From an uncultured Actinomycetes bacterium (lineage in GTDB: Bacteria; Actinomycetota; Acidimicrobiia; Spongiisociales; DATADW01): a DNA stretch of 64,000 nt. Made by a program: the position numbers and the translations under genes. The notes below the pieces were generated by a model. That model saw nothing but the letters and a program-made list of their open reading frames with translations, was not told where the DNA came from and searched no databases. Where the stretch lies: NCBI GenBank assembly GCA_963780745.1, contig CAWACT010000010.1, positions 49,318 through 113,317 on the forward strand, written 5' to 3'. Shown here piece by piece: positions 1 through 8,097 of this stretch; positions within the stretch are counted from its first letter, which is position 1, and every line of letters begins with the position of its first letter.

Positions 1-354
1 TATCAGATCAGGGGCACCCCCGAGACACTCGCCAACGTGCTGTCCGGCGGCAATCAACAGCGGCTGATGATGGCGATGGCACCGGACAACGCGCGCCTGC
101 TCCTGCTCGAGCAACCGACTCGCGGTCTCGACCTCGAGTCGGCCAGATGGGTTTGGTCCGAGCTCGACCGGCGACGATCGGCGGGAGCGACGGTGGTGTT
201 CACCTCGAGCGACCTCGACGAGCTTGTTGCGCAGAGCGACCGAATCGCCGTGTTCTTTGCCGGCGAGGTGGTGGGGGTGGTGGAAGCCTCGACCGCCACC
301 ACATCCGAGCTGGGCCACCTTATCGGTGGGCTGGCGCCCGGCGTGAGCTCGTGA
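1..354 (+). CDS. ABC transporter ATP-binding protein, C-terminal part (5' end outside window)
   Basis: Frame open from window edge; LSGGNQQR signature, LLLLEQPTRGLD Walker B; TGA 352-354 overlaps GTG 351 of next gene. Confidence 0.85.
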   Translation, partial: YQIRGTPETLANVLSGGNQQRLMMAMAPDNARLLLLEQPTRGLDLESARWVWSELDRRRSAGATVVFTSSDLDELVAQSDRIAVFFAGEVVGVVEASTATTSELGHLIGGLAPGVSS

Positions 355-1376
355 GCAGAGTTGTCCGGTTCGCCCTCCCGGTGGTGGCCGCGCTCGCCGT
401 CGGGGCTGTCCTACTCGCTCTCTCTGGCGTGCCACCCAGCGAGGCTGTCGGGCTGGTGTGGGAGGGCGCTTTTGGCTCCGCCGCCAAGGTCTCCGACACG
501 CTCATGTCCTGGGTACCCCTGGTGCTCGCCGCCTCCGGCCTGGTGGTCACCTTCACCGCGGGTCTGTGGAACATCGGAGTCGAGGGTCAGATCGTGGCGG
601 GGGCGATTGCAGCGACCTGGGTGGCGAGGTCGCTCCCTGGGCCGGGATGGGTGGTTGTCCCGGCGGCGTTATTGGCCGCGTTCGCGGGCGGTGTGGCGTG
701 GGCTCTGCTGGCCGGCTTGCTCCGCACCAGGGGCGGTGTAAACGAGATCTTCGGGGGTCTCGGGCTCGACTTCGTGGCCGCCGGGCTGGCGGTCTATCTG
801 ATCCTCGGCCCATGGCAACGGCAGGGGGTCGCTTCCACCAGCGGAACCGATGTTTTCCGTGTGCAGGCGTGGCTCCCCACCCTCCCCAACTTGCGGCTGT
901 CTCCTCTCGCCATCGGGATCGCCCTGGCCGGGCTGATCGGGGTCGGGCTGCTGCTGCGGGGTACCCGACCCGGGCTGCGGTTGCGGGCGGTGGGAGGGAA
1001 CCCGGCGAGCGCCCTCGTGCTGGGGATACCCACCGAGCGTTACCTCCTGGGCGCCTTCGCCTTGTGCGGGGCTCTCGCTGGGCTGGCCGGGGCAGTGCAG
1101 GCAACCGGATTTCACCACAAGCTGGTCCCCGCCGTTTCCGGGGGGTACGGCTTCCTCGGGATCCTGGTGGTACTACTCGCCGGGTTCCGCACTGTTTGGA
1201 TCGGCCCGCTCGCACTGGTCTTCGTGGCGGTGGCGGCGGGCGGCACCCAACTCCAACTTCGGCTGGACGTCGACTCCTCGCTCTCCGGTGTCGTCCTCGG
1301 TGTCGGGGTGCTGGTGGCGCTGCTCCTCGGGGCGCGGGGCGCCAAGGAAGCGCCGCCGTTGGTCGAGGAACCCTGA
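351..1376 (+). CDS. ABC transporter permease
   Basis: GTG 351 overlaps upstream stop (GTGA); multi-TM hydrophobic protein; first 68 codons of track ORF 147..1376 overlap the ATPase gene and are discounted. Confidence 0.8.
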   Translation: MSRVVRFALPVVAALAVGAVLLALSGVPPSEAVGLVWEGAFGSAAKVSDTLMSWVPLVLAASGLVVTFTAGLWNIGVEGQIVAGAIAATWVARSLPGPGWVVVPAALLAAFAGGVAWALLAGLLRTRGGVNEIFGGLGLDFVAAGLAVYLILGPWQRQGVASTSGTDVFRVQAWLPTLPNLRLSPLAIGIALAGLIGVGLLLRGTRPGLRLRAVGGNPASALVLGIPTERYLLGAFALCGALAGLAGAVQATGFHHKLVPAVSGGYGFLGILVVLLAGFRTVWIGPLALVFVAVAAGGTQLQLRLDVDSSLSGVVLGVGVLVALLLGARGAKEAPPLVEEP

Positions 1377-1377
1377 C

Positions 1378-2319
1378 ATGGAAGCGGCCTTCGCCTCGAT
1401 AATCGCCGCCGCCACACCGCTCGTGTTCGCCGCGGTGGGCGAGACCATTACCGAGCGGTCGGGGGTGGTCAACCTGGGGGTTGAGGGGAGCCTGATGCTC
1501 TCGGCGATGACCGGGTTCGCCATGGCGGTGACCACTGGGAGCACCCTGCTCGGGTTCGTGGCCGCTGCGTTGGTCTCGATGGCAGTTGCCGGTGTGGTGG
1601 CTTTCGCTGGGGTGCGCCTCGGTGTCAGCCAGATCGCAGTCGGTTTCGTCCTCACAATTCTCGCCATCGACCTCAGCGACTACCTGGGCACCCCCTTCGT
1701 TGGTGTGGCGGGGCCCGGCGTGCCCTCGCTCAGCATCCCGGTGCTGTCCGAGATCCCAGTGCTCGGCCCGGTGCTCTTCTCGCAGAACATCGTGGTCTAC
1801 GCCAGCTATCTATTGATCGTCGGGGCAGCGCTCTTCCTGTACAGCACGCGGAGCGGACTGGCGCTGCGCGGCGTGGGCGAACGGCCCGAAGCGGCGTTCG
1901 CCCGCGGGATCCACGTGACCCGGTCCCGCGTCCTGGCCACGATCGCCGGCGGAGCCCTTGTCGGCGTGGCCGGTGCCGCCTTCTCCCTCGACGTCAAGTT
2001 GGGGTGGCGCGAGGGCCTCACCGCCAACTTCGGCTGGATCGCACTGGCAATCGTCATTTTTGGAGGATGGAACCCGATGCGAGCTGCCTTCGGCGCCTAC
2101 CTCTTTGGTGTGCTTCAGGTGGTTGCGCTGCGTCTCCAGCCTGTCCTGCCCGGTCTCTCTCAAGTGCTCCCCCTGCTCCCGTTCCCGCTGATGATCCTCA
2201 CCCTGGTGTTGATCAACCGGCCCTGGTTGCGTCGTCTCACCGAACGCAACCCGGCGCTCCGATTTCTGGTGGCCGGCCCGGCACCGTCGGCGCTGGGCAG
2301 ACCTTTCCACCCCGACTGA
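1378..2319 (+). CDS. ABC transporter permease (second subunit)
   Basis: ATG 1378 (MEAAFASIIAAATPLVFAAVGETITERSG) 2 nt after upstream stop; multi-TM; track ORF 1288..2319. Confidence 0.8.
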   Translation: MEAAFASIIAAATPLVFAAVGETITERSGVVNLGVEGSLMLSAMTGFAMAVTTGSTLLGFVAAALVSMAVAGVVAFAGVRLGVSQIAVGFVLTILAIDLSDYLGTPFVGVAGPGVPSLSIPVLSEIPVLGPVLFSQNIVVYASYLLIVGAALFLYSTRSGLALRGVGERPEAAFARGIHVTRSRVLATIAGGALVGVAGAAFSLDVKLGWREGLTANFGWIALAIVIFGGWNPMRAAFGAYLFGVLQVVALRLQPVLPGLSQVLPLLPFPLMILTLVLINRPWLRRLTERNPALRFLVAGPAPSALGRPFHPD

Positions 2320-2322
2320 CAG

Positions 2323-2351
2323 TTGCTAAACGAACGATCGTTCGTTAGTGT
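2323..2351 (+). promoter_or_regulatory. Putative promoter TTGCTA-17nt-TAGTGT; spacer is the perfect 18-bp palindrome AACGAACGATCGTTCGTT (2329-2346), candidate TetR/PaaR operator
   Basis: Read directly; -10 ends 6 nt before ATG 2358, which would give a leaderless paaC mRNA. Confidence 0.5.
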
Positions 2352-2357
2352 TAGCGG

Positions 2358-3148
2358 ATGGCCTTGATCGGTGCACCGCAGGGCACCCCCGCACCCGAGG
2401 GCGATCCCCACCTGAGATACGTGCTACGTCACGCCGACGACAACCTGGTCGTGGCGCAGCGGCTCGGTGAGTGGATCAGCCGCGCCCCGAGCTCGAGGAG
2501 GACATCGCACTGGCAAACATCGCCCTCGATCACCTTGGTGTGGCTCGGGCGCTGCTCACCCATGCCGCGGAGCTCGAGGGTCAGGGACACGACGAGGACG
2601 ATTTCGCCATGGCTCGGTCCGAACGGGAGTTCACCAACCTCCTCCTCGTGGAGCAGCCCAATGGGGACTTCGCTCAGACGATGGCCCGCCAGCTCTTCCT
2701 CGACGCCTATCAGCTCGAGCTGTGGGAAGGACTCAGCGGATCGGCGGACCAGACGTTGGCCGGGATCGCCGCCAAGGCCCTCAAGGAGGCCAGGTACCAC
2801 TTCCGCCACTCCTCGACCTGGGTGATCCGGCTCGGCGACGGAACCGAGGAGAGTCACCGTCGAGTGGATGAAGCCGTCGCCGCCCTCTGGCGATTCACCG
2901 GAGAACTCTTCGTGGGCGACGACACCGACGCCGCCATGGCGGTGGCTGGAATCGGGGTGGACCCGGCGACGCTCCGGCCGGGCTGGGAAGGCAGGGTCGG
3001 GGCGGTGCTCGCCGAGGCCCTCCTGGAAGCGCCGACCGGCACATCGCAGCGGGTCGGCGGCCGGCAGGGTTACCACACCGAGCACCTCGGCAAAATTGTG
3101 GCCGAGATGCAGTGGCTGGCCAGGAGCATGCCGGAGGTGGTGTGGTGA
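2358..3148 (+). pseudogene. paaC: Phenylacetate-CoA oxygenase subunit PaaC, frame-disrupted (-1 at C-run 2485-2488; possibly assembly indel)
   Basis: N-terminus LRYVLRHADDNLVVAQRLGEWISRAP in frame of ORF 2358..2825; continues ELEEDIALANIALDHLG in ORF 2471..3148; one extra C restores RAPELEEDIA. Confidence 0.75.
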
Positions 3149-3606
3149 GCACCACAATTCGCATCGACGACCTGACAGAGATCCGCTCCGTGATCGCCTC
3201 AGTGACCGACCCCGAGATCCCGGTGTTGACGATCGACGACCTCGGGATACTGCGCGACGTGTCGATCGATGAGGGGCGGGTGGTGGTCACCATCACGCCC
3301 ACCTATTCGGGATGCCCGGCGATGGATGCCATCAGGGAGGCAATTGTCGGGTCGCTCCCCGAGTGTGAGGTGGTGGTGCGCACCGTTCACGCCCCGGCGT
3401 GGACGACCGATTGGATGAGCGCCGAGGGCAGGCGCAAGCTCGAGGAGTATGGGATAGCACCTCCATCGCCTGCCCACGAGGCGCGCTGCCCCCGTTGTCG
3501 GGCGGCGGGCGCCCGTACTGTTTCCTTCTTCGGCTCCACTGCCTGCAAGGCGATGTTGGTGTGCTCCAGCTGCGGCGAGCCGTTCGATCTCTTCAAGGAG
3601 CTGTGA
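3112..3606 (+). CDS. paaD: Phenylacetate-CoA oxygenase subunit PaaD (start may be GTG 3145 overlapping paaC stop)
   Basis: DPEIPVLTIDDLGILRDV and C-terminal CPRC...CSSC cysteine pairs typical of PaaD. Confidence 0.8.
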   Translation: MAGQEHAGGGVVSTTIRIDDLTEIRSVIASVTDPEIPVLTIDDLGILRDVSIDEGRVVVTITPTYSGCPAMDAIREAIVGSLPECEVVVRTVHAPAWTTDWMSAEGRRKLEEYGIAPPSPAHEARCPRCRAAGARTVSFFGSTACKAMLVCSSCGEPFDLFKEL

Positions 3607-3688
3607 GCTGGGGACGCCCCGCTTCCACTCGCTGCGTGTAGCCGAGATCGCCCCGCTGACCGACGACTCGGTTGCGGTCACCCTCGAC

Positions 3689-4678
3689 GTGCCCGAGCCG
3701 CTGGCCGACACCTTCCGCTACCTCCCCGGCCAGCACGTGACATTGCGGGCCATGATCGGGGGCCACGACGTACGCCGCTCCTACTCGATCTGCGCCAACG
3801 CCAACACAGCTCGGCTTCGTGTGGGGATAAAGCGACTCGGGGGAGGCGCCTTCTCCACCTGGGCGGTGAAAGAGCTGCGGACAGGCGACATGCTCGACGT
3901 GATGCCACCGGTGGGCGAGTTCACCATCTCCCCCGATCCCTTGGCGGGACGCCACTACGCCGCCATCGCCGCCGGCTCGGGGATCACACCGGTCCTCTCA
4001 TTGGTATCGACCACGCTCGAATCCGAGCCGGCGAGTCGTTGGACGGTGATCTTCGGGAATCGCTCCTCCCGGACGGTCATGTTTCTCGACGAACTGCAGG
4101 GGCTCAAGGACCGTTACCCCGACCGTCTGCACTTGGTGCACGTGCTCAGCCAGGAGATGCCTGAGGTACCGCTGTTCGCCGGGCGCATCGACCGGGACAA
4201 GCTGGAGAGGCTCTTCGCCACCGTCGCCGATGCCGCAACCGTCGACGAGTGGTTCCTGTGTGGTCCCTTCGAGATGGTGGAGGTTGCCCGTGACATGCTC
4301 GAGGAGCGAGGTGTCGAGCCGAAGTGCATCCACGATGAGCTCTTCTTCGCCGGCCCGCTCGACGTGGAAGCGCTCCCCACCGAGCCGCCGCCGGGTGAAG
4401 GCGCCGTGGCCGTGGAGTTCACCCTGGCCGGACGGAGGTCCGAGGTCCGGATGCGGCCAGAGGACAAGATCCTGGATGCCGCGCTCCGGGTGCGCCGGGA
4501 GCTTCCGTTCTCCTGCAAAGGGGGGATGTGCGCCTCGTGCAAGGCCCGGCTAGTCGAGGGAGAAGTCGAGATGGAGAAGAACTACGCCCTGGTCGACACC
4601 GACCTCGACCAGGGTCTGGTCCTCACCTGCCAGAGCCACCCGCTGACCGATCGCATCGTTCTGGATTACGACGTATGA
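3689..4678 (+). CDS. paaE: Phenylacetate-CoA oxygenase reductase PaaE (FNR-like + plant-type 2Fe-2S); true N-terminus probably upstream, GTG 3603 via frame repair
   Basis: RSYSI flavin motif, GSGITP NAD motif, C-terminal CKGGMCASCKA 2Fe-2S motif; in-frame FHSLRVAEIAPLTDDSVAVTLDV precedes the listed start without a start codon. Confidence 0.8.
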   Translation: MPEPLADTFRYLPGQHVTLRAMIGGHDVRRSYSICANANTARLRVGIKRLGGGAFSTWAVKELRTGDMLDVMPPVGEFTISPDPLAGRHYAAIAAGSGITPVLSLVSTTLESEPASRWTVIFGNRSSRTVMFLDELQGLKDRYPDRLHLVHVLSQEMPEVPLFAGRIDRDKLERLFATVADAATVDEWFLCGPFEMVEVARDMLEERGVEPKCIHDELFFAGPLDVEALPTEPPPGEGAVAVEFTLAGRRSEVRMRPEDKILDAALRVRRELPFSCKGGMCASCKARLVEGEVEMEKNYALVDTDLDQGLVLTCQSHPLTDRIVLDYDV

Positions 4679-5114
4679 GGAACGAGACGGAAGACGGAAG
4701 ACGGAAGACGGAAGTTCCTCTCCGTCCCCCCGCAGGGGGGAAGGGCCCCGCTGCGACAGCAGCGGGTAGGGGGGCTGGCGAACTCCCAACGGTGCTCACA
4801 CCACCCCCTCCGCTCGCTCCGCTGGCGGGATCGGCTCCCCCTCCCGGTGAGGGAGGGGGTTGGGGGGAGGGTGATTGTCCCCGCTCGCCACAGTCACCCC
4901 CTCCGCTCGCTCCGCTCGCGCCTCCCCCTCACCGGGCGAGGCTGAAACCGTTCCGTCCCCCGCAAGGGGGAAGGGCCCCGCTGCGACAGCAGCGGGTAGG
5001 GGGGCTGGCGAACTCCCAACGGTGCTCGCACCACCCCCTCGGCTCGCTCCGCTGGCGGGATCGGCTCCCCCTCCCGGTGAGGGAGGGGGTTGGGGGATGA
5101 TTGTCCCCGCTCGC
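4679..5114 (+). repeat. Mosaic GC-rich intergenic repeat, locus R1: ACGGAAG x4 heptads (4687-4714) plus two ~165-bp direct copies (4721-4889, 4952-5114; period 231)
   Basis: Direct self-comparison; modules recur at 19716-19864, 30631-30985, 47819-47846, 54204-54358. Confidence 0.9.
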
Positions 5115-5127
5115 CAAAGGCACGACC

Positions 5128-5709
5128 ATGGTGAGTTCTGCGCCCGCGGGGCGCAACAGCCGAGAAGACGTGATTCGCGCCGCCGGACGGCTTTTCGCCA
5201 AGGGCTACCACGGGACGTCGATGCGCGACCTCGGTGGCGAACTCGGGTTGTTCGGTTCCTCGATCTACTCCCACGTCGGGTCGAAGCAGGAGCTTCTGGT
5301 AGAGGTGGTCGCCACCGGCGCACAGCTCTTCCAGGAGTCGGCGACCCGCGCCGAGCGGGTCGATGGAGCAGAGCAGCGACTAGCGGCGCTGATCTCGGGC
5401 CACCTCGACGTGGTGCTGGACAGCCTCGACGAGGTGCGGACTTTTCTCAACGAGGCGTCGGCTCTCGAGCCCGAGTACAGGGAGCGCATCATCGCCGCCA
5501 GGGATCGCTACGAGGAGTCGTTCCGACGTGTCCTGCAGCAAGGGATCGAGGAAGGCGCATTCCGCCCCGGTGTCGATCCGAAGCTGGGAGCGATCTTCAT
5601 CCTCTCGATCCTCAACGCCGTCGAGCGCTGGTTCCGACCCGGCGGAAACCTCGACCGGGCTGCGCTGGCCGACGAGATCATGACTTTCGTCCGCAACGGG
5701 ACGGGTTGA
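5128..5709 (+). CDS. TetR family transcriptional regulator (candidate PaaR)
   Basis: N-terminal HTH REDVIRAAGRLFAKGYHGTSMRDLGGELGLFGSSIYSHVGSKQELL; ATG 5128; the listed TTG 5101 start lies inside the repeat. Confidence 0.85.
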   Translation: MVSSAPAGRNSREDVIRAAGRLFAKGYHGTSMRDLGGELGLFGSSIYSHVGSKQELLVEVVATGAQLFQESATRAERVDGAEQRLAALISGHLDVVLDSLDEVRTFLNEASALEPEYRERIIAARDRYEESFRRVLQQGIEEGAFRPGVDPKLGAIFILSILNAVERWFRPGGNLDRAALADEIMTFVRNGTG

Positions 5710-7322
5710 GGCTCAACCCACCCGTCGAGACCGGAAAGACGTCGGCCGACGACCTCCTCGAAGGTGGCGAGCGTCCCCGGGCACTGCGCCAAGGTCTCGA
5801 GGAACGTGGCCCGGTCAATGGCGAGCAACCGCCCGTCTTCCGCTGCCGATACAGTCGCCGTCCGGGGCACGTCCGCGATCAGCGCGATCTCGCCGAAGAT
5901 GTCGCCTCTCTCGAGCGTGTTGACAAGGTGTCCATCGACGATGACGTCGTATCGACCGGCGTCGATCACATAGACGCGGTCGCCGGCATCTCCCTGGCGG
6001 ATCACCACGCGGCCTCTTTCCACCCCTTCGACATGCGAGCCCAGCGCCAGCGCCTCGAGGGCGGGTGGGTTGAGGAGCCGCAACATGGGAATCCGCTCCA
6101 GGATGCCAACCTCCACCTCTGGCACATGGGCCGAGGTGTCGGCGGCGCGGATCATCGGCCATCCGGCGACCGCAGCGACAGGGAGCAACAGGCCGACCAC
6201 CACAAAGGCCCCTTGGGCGCCGACCAGGTTGATGAGAATCGGGGCGAGTACTGCGCCGACGGCAAGCCCGGCCATTGCCATCCCCTCGAGCACGCCGAAG
6301 ACACGAGCCATGACCTCGCGTGGCGCCAACCGTTGCAGAAGGGTCCGACCGGCGACATCGCCCAAGCCGATGCCCGCACCCGAAACAGCCAACAACGGCG
6401 CCGCCGCCGGGAAAATCCCAACCACGGTGATGGGCAAACCTCGGGCGAGCACACCGCCCAACAACGATGGCGCCAGACGAGGTCGACCGACAAGGCCAGC
6501 CGCTCCCATGGCGCCGAGAAAAGCCCCCACCCCGACGATTGCCCCGAGATAGCCGACTCCTGGCTCCCCGATACCCAGCAGCTCGATGGCCAGAACCACG
6601 AGAAGCACGTCGAGAGCTCCGTCCACGATCGCCTGCACTCCACCGAGACCGACGATGACCCGGGTGCGGCGTTCGGAGAGCACCATCGCGACACCTCCGA
6701 GAAGGGTCCGGATTGGCGAGATCCGAACAACCAACGCCGGTTCCTGGCGGGCCGAGGCGCCGGCGACGGTCGCAGCCGACGCCGCCAACAGAACCGCCAT
6801 CGCCAAGAAGACAAGGGCAGGGTCGCCGACCTCGAGTAGGAGACCGGCGATGAGCGGACCCGCAAGTGCAGCGGATCCTTCCGCCATGGCCGACACCACG
6901 TTGGCCGCAATCGTCTGATCCGGCCCGGCGCTGAGCTCTGGAATGAGAGCAATGTGGGCTGGCCGGGTTGCGGTGATCAGGATTGCGGTCAGCGCGGCGA
7001 ACCCGACCACCAGCGGCGGAGCCTGCCCGCTCGCCATTGCCCACCACGTCAGAGCGGCGGCGGCGGCCTGCGATGCGTAACCCAACACCAGAGCTCGGTG
7101 CCGGGGTAGCCGATCGGCGCCTGCTGCCAGTAGAGGTGCCGCTACCGCGGCGGGGAGCAACTGGAGGGCAGCCACCAACCCGACCGTCGCCGAACCGCCC
7201 ACCTGGTACGCATAGACCAGGATCGCCACCCATGTCGCCCACTCCGCCAAACCGAACCCGAGGAAGGCCAACTCGAGACGCCGCAGCGGTGGCACGCCGA
7301 ACACAGCGGCGACCGCCGCCAT
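5508..7322 (-). CDS. MFS transporter fused to C-terminal cyclic-nucleotide-binding domain; 3' end uncertain
   Basis: About 12 TM segments, then cNMP-like RGDIFGEIALIADVPRTATV; the last ~70 codons overlap the TetR gene antisense. Confidence 0.75.
   Translation of the reverse strand: MAAVAAVFGVPPLRRLELAFLGFGLAEWATWVAILVYAYQVGGSATVGLVAALQLLPAAVAAPLLAAGADRLPRHRALVLGYASQAAAAALTWWAMASGQAPPLVVGFAALTAILITATRPAHIALIPELSAGPDQTIAANVVSAMAEGSAALAGPLIAGLLLEVGDPALVFLAMAVLLAASAATVAGASARQEPALVVRISPIRTLLGGVAMVLSERRTRVIVGLGGVQAIVDGALDVLLVVLAIELLGIGEPGVGYLGAIVGVGAFLGAMGAAGLVGRPRLAPSLLGGVLARGLPITVVGIFPAAAPLLAVSGAGIGLGDVAGRTLLQRLAPREVMARVFGVLEGMAMAGLAVGAVLAPILINLVGAQGAFVVVGLLLPVAAVAGWPMIRAADTSAHVPEVEVGILERIPMLRLLNPPALEALALGSHVEGVERGRVVIRQGDAGDRVYVIDAGRYDVIVDGHLVNTLERGDIFGEIALIADVPRTATVSAAEDGRLLAIDRATFLETLAQCPGTLATFEEVVGRRLSGLDGWVEPQPVPLRTKVMISSASAARSRFPPGRNQRSTALRIERMKIAPSFGSTPGRNAPSSIPCCRTRRNDSS
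5703..5719. other. 17-bp palindrome GGGTTGAG-G-CTCAACCC that reads TGA on both strands
   Basis: Read directly; contains the TetR stop (5707-5709) and an out-of-frame minus-strand TGA (5715-5713). Confidence 0.5.
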
Positions 7323-7384
7323 CTTCGCCCTCTGCCGCCACAGCAGCGATCGTCACCTCTTCACCCCGTCGGCGTTCTCTGAGT

Positions 7385-8083
7385 GTGACAGAGGGCGAAC
7401 TGGTTCAGTTCAGTACTCGTTCAGGCGATGTGTTGTCTCGGTGGGCCTATCGGGTTCGACACCGGCGGCGATACCCTGTTCGGGTGATTGCGCCCAACGA
7501 TTCAGCGCCACCCGCCGGCGAGCCGCCGCAGGATCCACCGCTCCCAACCCGCTTTGGCCTGCTCACACTCGTATCGCTCGCCGTGGTGGGGATCGGCGTG
7601 GCAGTGGCGGCGGTGATGTCTGGAGGGGACGATGCCGCGCCAATGTCGACCGGTGCCGTCGGTTTGACGGGTTCACCCGCGCCCGACTTCACCGTGCCCC
7701 TCTTGGCCGGCGGAGACTTCAGTCTCCCCGAGCACATCGCCTCCGACGGAAGACCCCTGATCCTCAACCTTTGGGCCTCGTGGTGCATCCCATGCCGGGA
7801 CGAATTGCCCGAATTCGACCGGGTAGCGGTGGAGCACCCCGAGGTCGCGTTCCTCGGTGTGGCCGTGGAGGACCAAGAGGCAGCGGCCCGCGAATTCGCT
7901 GAGGAAGTCGGCGTCAGATTCCCTCTCGGGTTCGACGAGACCGGAACCGTGTCCACCTCCTATCAGACGTTCGGCCTGCCGGTGACGGTGGCCATCGCCT
8001 CCGACGGGACCGTGGTACGGCAGATCACCAGCCGGGTACCGGAGGAGCAGCTGCTCGAGCTCTTGGAGGAATTGAACGGCTGA
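7385..8083 (+). CDS. TlpA/ResA-like thiol-disulfide oxidoreductase, membrane-anchored (start uncertain: GTG 7385, 7430 or 7484)
   Basis: TM LLTLVSLAVVGIGVAVAAV followed by thioredoxin fold with WCIPC active site. Confidence 0.75.
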   Translation: MTEGELVQFSTRSGDVLSRWAYRVRHRRRYPVRVIAPNDSAPPAGEPPQDPPLPTRFGLLTLVSLAVVGIGVAVAAVMSGGDDAAPMSTGAVGLTGSPAPDFTVPLLAGGDFSLPEHIASDGRPLILNLWASWCIPCRDELPEFDRVAVEHPEVAFLGVAVEDQEAAAREFAEEVGVRFPLGFDETGTVSTSYQTFGLPVTVAIASDGTVVRQITSRVPEEQLLELLEELNG

Positions 8084-8097
8084 GGCCGGTTTCAGCC
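8078..8097. terminator. Hairpin GGCTGA-N8-TCAGCC between convergent genes; both stop codons lie in the arms
   Basis: Read directly; 6-bp stem only, no U-tract. Confidence 0.3.

Noticed and set aside
4679-5114. CRISPR array interpretation of the repeats
   Set aside because: There is no regular repeat-spacer periodicity. The units are ~165 bp with internal hairpins, or 7-nt tandems. No cas genes are in the window.
4528-5323. Several ORFs translating the repeats (for example PLPVREGVGG, PLPHREGEPIPPAERAEG), also at 30147-30965 and 54216-54763
   Set aside because: They are read from both strands of the same hairpin-rich repeat and have no start context. They are repeat-derived open frames, not genes.
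4875-6839. 654-aa plus-strand ORF
   Set aside because: It starts inside repeat R1, overlaps the TetR gene in another frame, and then runs antisense to the MFS-cNMP gene. It is Arg/Pro/Gly-rich and has no motifs.
5815-7356. 513-aa minus-strand ORF overlapping the MFS gene in another frame
   Set aside because: It is extremely Arg/Gly-rich, whereas the competing frame gives a clean 12-TM transporter.
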